A stretch of DNA of 32,000 nucleotides from Dickeya solani IPO 2222 (lineage in GTDB: Bacteria > Pseudomonadota > Gammaproteobacteria > Enterobacterales > Enterobacteriaceae): the NCBI RefSeq assembly GCF_001644705.1, contig NZ_CP015137.1, forward strand, positions 630,001 through 662,000, given 5' to 3'. The notes below the pieces were generated by a model that saw only the letters and a list, made by a program, of their open reading frames with translations, searched no databases and was not told the origin of the DNA. The position numbers and the translations under genes were made by a program. Of this stretch, positions 26,585 through 32,000 are shown piece after piece. How positions within the stretch are numbered: the stretch's first letter is position 1; every line of letters starts with the position of its first letter.

Positions 26585-27922
26585 ATGAATGAACAAGAGG
26601 TGATTGTGTTTAAATTTCTCATAGACTTACTAAAAGATGCCGCCATATTGGTCAGTCTTTTCACCATGTTCGGTAATATCATTCAAAAGAAGAACATCAA
26701 TGATATTATTACCTCAACAGTTAAAACCTACCTTGGGTTTGTTATTCTTTTTGCCAGTGCGAACCTACTTATATCGCCATCATTAAATAATTTCTCAAAG
26801 ATATTTCTGACCGCATTTCATGTTCAGGGCATTGTACCTAACAATGAAGTCGTTATCGTTGTTGCTATGGAAAAACTGGGGCAGATTTATTCTTCAGCTA
26901 TTGCTGTCGGACTTATCGGCGCGATGCTTTTCAATATCATACTGGCCAGAGTCACGCCGTTGAAATATATCGTGCTGTCCGGGCATCATGTTTTTTTCAT
27001 GGTAAGTTGCCTGACCATCATCGCCATGCTACACGGTATCTCCGTTTCCAACTCAGCCATACTGGCCACTTTTATTACCGGAATATGGTGTGTTATTTCT
27101 CCGGCGCTGTTGGTACGCTACTGCCGCCAAATTGACAATTGTGATGAATTAAGAAAATCAGGTGACTTCTCTATCGGCCAGTTCGGTTCCACCAGCTATA
27201 TGTTAGCCGGTTGGCTGGGTGAAAAATTGGGTAACAAAGCGAATGACGCGGAAAAACTGGCTATCCCTACCAGCATTGGTTTTTTAAAAGATAAACAGGT
27301 TTCAACCTTCTTTGTCATGCTGTTGTTCTTTGTTGTTTCAGCGCTGGTCGCAGGGGCCGATCACGTGCAGCTGATTGCGGACGCCGGCAATAAAGATAGC
27401 AGCCACACCAATATATTTCTGTTTCTGTTGAAACAAGCCGGGCTGTTTGCCGCAGGCGTCTACATGCTGACCCGCGGCGTACATATGTTTATTGAAGAAC
27501 TGATTCCGGCGTTTAAAGGCATCAGCGATAAAGTGATTAAGAAATCGATTCCGGCGATCGAAATCTATTCGCTGTTTCCTTATTCCAACAACGCCGTCTT
27601 CATCGGTTTTATCTGCTGTACCATCAGCGGTTTCCTGACCATGATTCTGTTGCCGGTGTTTGGTTATCCGGCGATGGTTCCCAGCCTGTTGTTTACCTTT
27701 GCCAGCGGCGGCGGCGCGGGCATCATCGGTAATGCCACCGGCGGCATTCGTGGCGCAGTGATCGGCGCCGTTGCCTGTGGGATCATTTCGATTGCCGGCT
27801 CCGCATTCATTTTCCAGCCGATCCACGATGCCGGCGTCGATGCGCCGACAACCTACTCAACAACCGACTTTACGCTGCTGGGCCTGTCGCTGCACAGCGC
27901 GTTATCGTTGTTACATCGCTAA
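26585..27922 (+). CDS. UlaA/SgaT-family (PTS ascorbate-type EIIC-like) permease, with no adjacent EIIA/EIIB
   Basis: 445 aa and polytopic. It is colinear with UlaA as I recall it (…KTYLGFVILFASANLL…, …LSGHHVFFM…, …TRGVHMFIEELIPAFKGIS…, …AIEIYSLFPYSNNAV…). An in-frame GTG at 26606 has a good SD (AAGAGG, 5-nt spacer) and may be the true start. Confidence 0.85.
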   Translation: MNEQEVIVFKFLIDLLKDAAILVSLFTMFGNIIQKKNINDIITSTVKTYLGFVILFASANLLISPSLNNFSKIFLTAFHVQGIVPNNEVVIVVAMEKLGQIYSSAIAVGLIGAMLFNIILARVTPLKYIVLSGHHVFFMVSCLTIIAMLHGISVSNSAILATFITGIWCVISPALLVRYCRQIDNCDELRKSGDFSIGQFGSTSYMLAGWLGEKLGNKANDAEKLAIPTSIGFLKDKQVSTFFVMLLFFVVSALVAGADHVQLIADAGNKDSSHTNIFLFLLKQAGLFAAGVYMLTRGVHMFIEELIPAFKGISDKVIKKSIPAIEIYSLFPYSNNAVFIGFICCTISGFLTMILLPVFGYPAMVPSLLFTFASGGGAGIIGNATGGIRGAVIGAVACGIISIAGSAFIFQPIHDAGVDAPTTYSTTDFTLLGLSLHSALSLLHR

Positions 27923-27930
27923 AAATATTG

Positions 27931-28107
27931 ATGTGGTCTGGCGCAACCAGGCCACTTATTTGTTTCAATGACGGTCATTGTTTAAATAGCGGTAATTGTT
28001 TCAATGACGGTAACTGTTTCAATGACGGTAACTGTTTCAATGACGGTAACTGTTTCAATAACGGTCATTGTTTCAATAGCGGTCATTGTTTCAATAGCGA
28101 TACGTAA
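27931..28107 (+). CDS. Hypothetical 58-codon micro-ORF encoding a Cys-rich hexapeptide repeat (speculative; may be non-coding)
   Basis: ATG 27931 to TAA 28105..28107 translates to MWSGATRPLI-CFNDGH-CLNSGN-CFNDGN-CFNDGN-CFNDGN-CFNNGH-CFNSGH-CFNSDT. It is the only frame open across all eight units, and its stop codon follows the last unit directly. It falls below the apparent ~60-aa floor of the supplied ORF track (shortest entries are 60 aa). Against a coding role, there is no SD and the ATG lies at the foot of the terminator hairpin. Confidence 0.2.
   Translation: MWSGATRPLICFNDGHCLNSGNCFNDGNCFNDGNCFNDGNCFNNGHCFNSGHCFNSDT
27933..27966 (+). terminator. Rho-independent terminator after the UlaA-like permease
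   Basis: GTGGTCTGG-cgcaa-CCAGGCCAC forms a 9-bp stem with one G.U pair, followed by TTATTTGTTTC. It starts 11 nt after the TAA at 27920..27922. Confidence 0.7.
27961..28104 (+). repeat. Tandem array of eight 18-bp units (consensus TGTTTCAATGACGGTAAC)
   Basis: Units start at 27961, 27979, 27997, 28015, 28033, 28051, 28069 and 28087. Units 3-5 are identical. The others differ at unit positions 6, 10-11 and 16-18, and the last unit is degenerate. Some units contain the dyad CAATGAC-G-GTCATTG. The array lies between the permease terminator and the sensor-kinase gene. Confidence 0.95.
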
Positions 28108-28234
28108 CACCGCTCTCCAGCGGCTCGCGAAAATCAGGCAACCTTTCCATTTTGCGATGGTCTATTTGCCCCCGGCAATGCCCTACAGGGTGGTGCCGGG
28201 CTTATCCTGTACAACATGACTGACGGAATCCCCC

Positions 28235-29848
28235 ATGTCAGAGGCCATAACCGCCGGCAGCGAGCCGAGAAGCTCTTACAAGTATCAGATAATACTGTAC
28301 TATTTCATTACCTCGCTGGCAGTGGTCGTGGCGACCGGCTGCGCCGTGTTTCTGATTATCAGCAACCTGCTCTACAATGATGTGGCTGAGAAATCACAGA
28401 ATATGGCGTCGATCCTCTCTCAGGACTCCGAGCTCAAGCAAGCGATCAGCAACCGGGACACGGCGGGCTTGCGTAGCCTTATCAATCAGCACTACACCCA
28501 CAGCGATGCCGACTTTATCGTCATCAGCGATCCTGACAATATCCGGCTATACCACCCCGATCCCCTGCAGGTAAACATCGCTATCAAGGACATTGGCAAC
28601 ATCAATCTGCTACGCAATGGGAAAAGCTATACCGTCAAAAATACCGGGTACTCCGGCGCTTCGGTAAAAACGCGCGCCCCCTTTATTCTGGATGGAAAAT
28701 ATATCGGTTACGTTTCGGTGGGCTACACAGAAGCGCATCGACAGGGGTTGCTGGCCAGCTATTTCACGCCTTTTCTCGCGCTGCTTATTTCCGTATTTAT
28801 CCTGATTCTGCTGGGCGGCGTTTTTTCCTACCGTTTGCTGAAAAAACAGATGTCCGGCCTGACGCCGGAAATGATCAATTATAGATATCAGGTCAGAAGA
28901 GCCATTCTGCACGCCATTTACGATGGCGTGATTGCCGTCAGCCCGGAAGGGCGCATCATCGCCATCAACAATGCCGCCAAAAAGATGCTCTCCATCGACC
29001 ATCCCCACGGCCCGCTGACAGGACACAAGATTACCGATTATGTAGTACCGGCCGATTTCTTCTTATCCGCCGAGCGTCAGGAGTGCCACGATGTGGACGT
29101 CGCTTTTAACGGTTCGACGTTTATCGCCAACCGGGCCATCATCCTCAATCAGCAGGATGAGTTTGCCGGTTTCGTGATCAGTCTGAGGGAAAAGACCAAT
29201 GAAACCCTGATGACCAAGCAGGTCAACCACATTAAACATGAAAGCGAAGAGCTGCGGGTTATCAGTCACGAGTTCAAAAATCGGCTGGCCGTTATCTACG
29301 GTCTGATCCAGTTGGGAGAATATGAGCGGGTCAGTCAGTACGTCGCGCAGGAGAATGCCCAACTACAGCAGTTTTATGATGCGATCATCAAATCCTTTCA
29401 CTGTCCGTGCGTTGCCGGGTTGATACTCGGGAAACTGGGGCGCGCGGGCGAACTCGGCATCGATCTGCGTATCGACCCGCTATCCTATTACACCGGCGCG
29501 AACGCGCCGCTGAGCGCCGAGGAAATGGCCTGCATCATCGGTAATCTGCTGGACAACGCACTGGAGGCCACGGTGAAAACGCCAACCCATCCCCAGTCGA
29601 TCGAGCTTTACCTTAATGACGGCAGCGATGAAATCGTACTGTCGGTTCAGGACAATGGTCCCGGCCTCGACCAGATAGCAGCCGAAGCGCTGTTTGCAAA
29701 GGGCGCGACCAGCAAACCAGGCCGTCACCACGGCGTCGGGTTGTATCTGGTGCAGTCACTGGTACAGAAAGCGCGGGGCGAGTGTCTGGTCGATACGGCC
29801 GACGACAACGGCGGCGCGGTTTTTTCAGTTTACATCCCTAAGGTTTAA
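28235..29848 (+). CDS. CitA/DcuS-family sensor histidine kinase (periplasmic PAS/Cache-like domain, TM2, cytoplasmic PAS, SpoOB-type DHp, HATPase)
   Basis: 537 aa. Two TM segments flank a ~130-aa periplasmic domain that carries an R-x-x-H-P motif (IRLYHP) and a later R (KTRAPF), reminiscent of the DcuS/CitA carboxylate-binding residues. The H-box is VISHEFKNRLAVI. N, G1 and G2 boxes are present (NLLDNALEA, DNGPGL, GVGLYLV). Confidence 0.88.
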   Translation: MSEAITAGSEPRSSYKYQIILYYFITSLAVVVATGCAVFLIISNLLYNDVAEKSQNMASILSQDSELKQAISNRDTAGLRSLINQHYTHSDADFIVISDPDNIRLYHPDPLQVNIAIKDIGNINLLRNGKSYTVKNTGYSGASVKTRAPFILDGKYIGYVSVGYTEAHRQGLLASYFTPFLALLISVFILILLGGVFSYRLLKKQMSGLTPEMINYRYQVRRAILHAIYDGVIAVSPEGRIIAINNAAKKMLSIDHPHGPLTGHKITDYVVPADFFLSAERQECHDVDVAFNGSTFIANRAIILNQQDEFAGFVISLREKTNETLMTKQVNHIKHESEELRVISHEFKNRLAVIYGLIQLGEYERVSQYVAQENAQLQQFYDAIIKSFHCPCVAGLILGKLGRAGELGIDLRIDPLSYYTGANAPLSAEEMACIIGNLLDNALEATVKTPTHPQSIELYLNDGSDEIVLSVQDNGPGLDQIAAEALFAKGATSKPGRHHGVGLYLVQSLVQKARGECLVDTADDNGGAVFSVYIPKV

Positions 29849-29871
29849 CAACGAGTTAGAAGATTGACGCT

Positions 29872-30564
29872 ATGGAAAACAAGATCAGCGTATTTTTGGT
29901 TGAAGATAATCACGACATGGCTTTCTTCATTGAAAGCTTCATCAGAAAACACCCAGAATTCCTGCTGTTAGGAAGCGCCGATACCCTTAGCGATGCCCGG
30001 ATAGCCATCGCCGCCCAAAAGCCCGATCTCGTGATGCTGGATAACTATCTGCCCGATGGCACCGGGATCGACATCATGAAACATCTGCGCACCACACAGC
30101 CGGATATCGACGTCATTTTCATCACCGCCGCCAACGACATCGACACGATTAAAACCGCGATACGCCACGGCGCCTGTGACTATCTGGTAAAACCGTTCAT
30201 GCTGGAAAGGCTGGAAGAAGCATTAAAAAACTATCTGATGTTCAGCAGAAAGGTACGCCAGAAATCGCACCTGCCACAGGAAGAGATCGATCGCGTGATA
30301 CGCCAGTCGATCCCCTATAGCGCACCGGCCGGATTCATTTATCCGAAAGGCATTGATGAACTGACGCTCAATCAGGTGCGGGCGGCATTTTCCGGCGAGA
30401 ACGTCCAGCACACCGCCGACAGCCTGAGCGACACGATCGGTATCAGCAAGTCCACCGCCCGGCGCTATCTGGAATACTGCAAAAACATCAAACTGCTGGA
30501 AGCGCACATCCAGCACGGCACCGTCGGACGCCCCCAACGCTTCTACCGTCTGACCTTCAATTAA
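29872..30564 (+). CDS. CitB/DcuR-family response regulator (receiver + C-terminal HTH)
   Basis: 230 aa. The receiver has DD…D (LVMLDNYLPDG), T and K (VKPF). The C-terminal block TADSLSDTIGISKSTARRYLEY is an HTH. It starts 24 nt after the kinase stop. Confidence 0.9.
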   Translation: MENKISVFLVEDNHDMAFFIESFIRKHPEFLLLGSADTLSDARIAIAAQKPDLVMLDNYLPDGTGIDIMKHLRTTQPDIDVIFITAANDIDTIKTAIRHGACDYLVKPFMLERLEEALKNYLMFSRKVRQKSHLPQEEIDRVIRQSIPYSAPAGFIYPKGIDELTLNQVRAAFSGENVQHTADSLSDTIGISKSTARRYLEYCKNIKLLEAHIQHGTVGRPQRFYRLTFN

Positions 30565-30647
30565 CCGGCAACCGCACGTCCCTCACACATCCCGGCCCTG
30601 CTGACCATCCGAGTCGCCCGTGCGGGCAGCTCGGCCGGTTCCTCCCG

Positions 30648-32000
30648 TCAGTGATCCTGACGCTTCAGCACCTGCACCGCACAGGCGATATCCGGCGCCA
30701 GCCAGCGATCCTCCTGCCAGGCAGCGACGTGTTGACGCAACGCTTGCCAGGCCCGGTGCGTTCCGGTTCCGGCGTTCTCCGGGCCGAGAAACTCCAGCGC
30801 CTGCGCCGCCAGCAGATACTCAATCGCCAGCACGTGCCAGACGTTTTCGGTCAGCTTCAGCAACTTGAGCGCCGCCGGGGTACCCATGCTGAGGTGATCT
30901 TCCTGCAAGCCGGAGGTGACGAAATTATCCACCACGGCGGGCTGCGCCAGTTGGCGGTTCTCGCCGCACAGCGACGCTGCCACATACTGGGCGATCATCA
31001 TGCCGGAATTCACCCCCGGCTGGGCGACCAGAAATGGCGGTAAACCGCTCACCAGCGGATTGATCAACCGATCAAGCCGACGCTCCGCCACCCCGGCCAG
31101 CTCGCATAACGCCAGCGCCAGACTGTCCGCCGCCAGCGCCACCGCTTCGCCATGCGGATTCGCCTGCGACACCACCCGCCACTGTTCCGGCGTCCCCAGC
31201 ACCAGCGGATTGTCGGTGGCGGCATTCAGTTCCATCTCGATGCGCTGCGCCGACGAGGCAAACTGATCGCGGCAGGCGCCGTGAATTTGCGGGATGGAAC
31301 GCAGGCTCAGCGCATCCTGCGTGCGGATGCCTTCACTCTCGGCGATGATCCGGCTCCCGGCCAACAGGGCGCGCAAACGCTGCCCGACCTGCTGAATGCC
31401 CACGCTCGGTTTCAGCGCCAGCACCTCGGCGTCAAACGCCACCACCTGCCCGCGCAGCGCCTCAAAACTCATCGCGCCGGTCACATCGGCCCAGTCCAAC
31501 TGCCGTGCGGCGTCATCCAACGCCAGACAGGCCAGCCCGGTCATGCACGGCGTACCGTTGACCAGCGATAAGCCGTCTTTCGCCCCCAGCGTCACCGGCG
31601 TGAGACCAATGTGCTGCAACGCCTCCTGCGCCGGCAGCACCTGCCCGTGCAGTTCCACCTCGCCGACGCCGATCAGTGCCAGCCCGATATGCGCCATATG
31701 GGTGAGATACCCGACCGAGCCCTGCGACGGCACGCACGGCGTGGCACCCTGATTCAGCAGCGTCAGCAGCGCCTGCACGATCGCCGGCTGAATCCCGGAC
31801 TTGCCGTGACTGTAATTGGCGATCGCCGCACACAGGATGGCGCGGGTCTGTTCAACGGACAGCCGCGGCCCCACGCCGCAAGCGTGGCTCAGCAAGGTAT
31901 TGCGCGACAGCCGCGCCAGATCCGCCACCGGCAGAGTGACATTGCATAACGCGCCCAGCCCGGTATTCACCCCATAGGCCAGCGTTTCGCTGGCCACGAT
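30648..32000 (-). CDS. HAL/PAL-family (aromatic amino acid lyase fold) protein lacking the Ala-Ser-Gly MIO triad; 5' end lies beyond the window
   Basis: YGVNTGLG, NPHGEA (HAL has NFHAEP), SGLQEDHLSM (HAL has [10 protein letters not shown]) and full-length colinearity with HutH are seen. Where hutH in this window reads [14 protein letters not shown], this gene reads GSVG---YLTHMAH (31689..31721). The reading frame is open to the window end. Confidence 0.85.
   Translation of the reverse strand: MVASETLAYGVNTGLGALCNVTLPVADLARLSRNTLLSHACGVGPRLSVEQTRAILCAAIANYSHGKSGIQPAIVQALLTLLNQGATPCVPSQGSVGYLTHMAHIGLALIGVGEVELHGQVLPAQEALQHIGLTPVTLGAKDGLSLVNGTPCMTGLACLALDDAARQLDWADVTGAMSFEALRGQVVAFDAEVLALKPSVGIQQVGQRLRALLAGSRIIAESEGIRTQDALSLRSIPQIHGACRDQFASSAQRIEMELNAATDNPLVLGTPEQWRVVSQANPHGEAVALAADSLALALCELAGVAERRLDRLINPLVSGLPPFLVAQPGVNSGMMIAQYVAASLCGENRQLAQPAVVDNFVTSGLQEDHLSMGTPAALKLLKLTENVWHVLAIEYLLAAQALEFLGPENAGTGTHRAWQALRQHVAAWQEDRWLAPDIACAVQVLKRQDH

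Noticed and set aside
27961-28104. Possible CRISPR array
   Set aside because: The units are contiguous with no unique spacers, the repeat is only 18 bp, and no cas genes are nearby. It is a simple tandem repeat.
28004-28219. 71-aa ORF MTVTVSMTVTVS… from the track
   Set aside because: This frame-2 reading of the 18-bp array starts only at unit 3, because a TAA in unit 2 blocks it. It runs on into non-repeat sequence with no coding features. It is an artefact of the repeat.

Overview
The window looks like a Dickeya (soft-rot Enterobacterales) chromosome. It carries the FnIII+PL3 pectate lyase PelI, and the GC-rich coding DNA throws many long antisense shadow ORFs.

Gene order:
1. A divergent MalE-like binding protein and MalK-like ATPase pair.
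2. An M20 amidohydrolase preceded by a 4 x 14-bp array, a small lipoprotein, pelI behind a 640-bp AT-rich control region, and a YbdH/HcxA-like Fe-ADH.
3. An rspA(ManD)-uxaC-GPH transporter-uxuB-like hexuronate operon, followed by a GntR/FadR-type regulator.
4. A minus-strand hut locus: a NitT/TauT-type ABC transporter (binding protein, permease, ATPase), then hutH-hutU. It has three copies of a CTTGTCTATACA(A/G)G HutC-type operator, and one of them abuts a sigma54-like -24/-12 element. hutC is separated from the operon by two unrelated genes, a YkgJ-type Cys-cluster protein and a secreted ClpP-fold protein.
5. acnB, which appears to carry an in-frame 8-codon gap and a short 3' end.
6. A visibly AT-richer islet: an orphan UlaA/SgaT-family permease, an 8 x 18-bp tandem array, and a CitA/DcuS-CitB/DcuR-type two-component system.
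7. A partial second HAL/PAL-family gene that lacks the Ala-Ser-Gly MIO triad.

I saw no rRNA, tRNA, CRISPR, IS or prophage genes.

The best leads are:
- the 18-bp array, which reads through as a 58-codon Cys-rich hexapeptide-repeat micro-ORF just under the ORF-track cut-off;
- the MIO-less HAL paralog next to the two-component system;
- the sigma54/HutC-controlled ABC transporter;
- the two-gene insertion inside the hut locus;
- the acnB lesions.

All functional calls come from reading the translations and motifs from memory. No database search was run.
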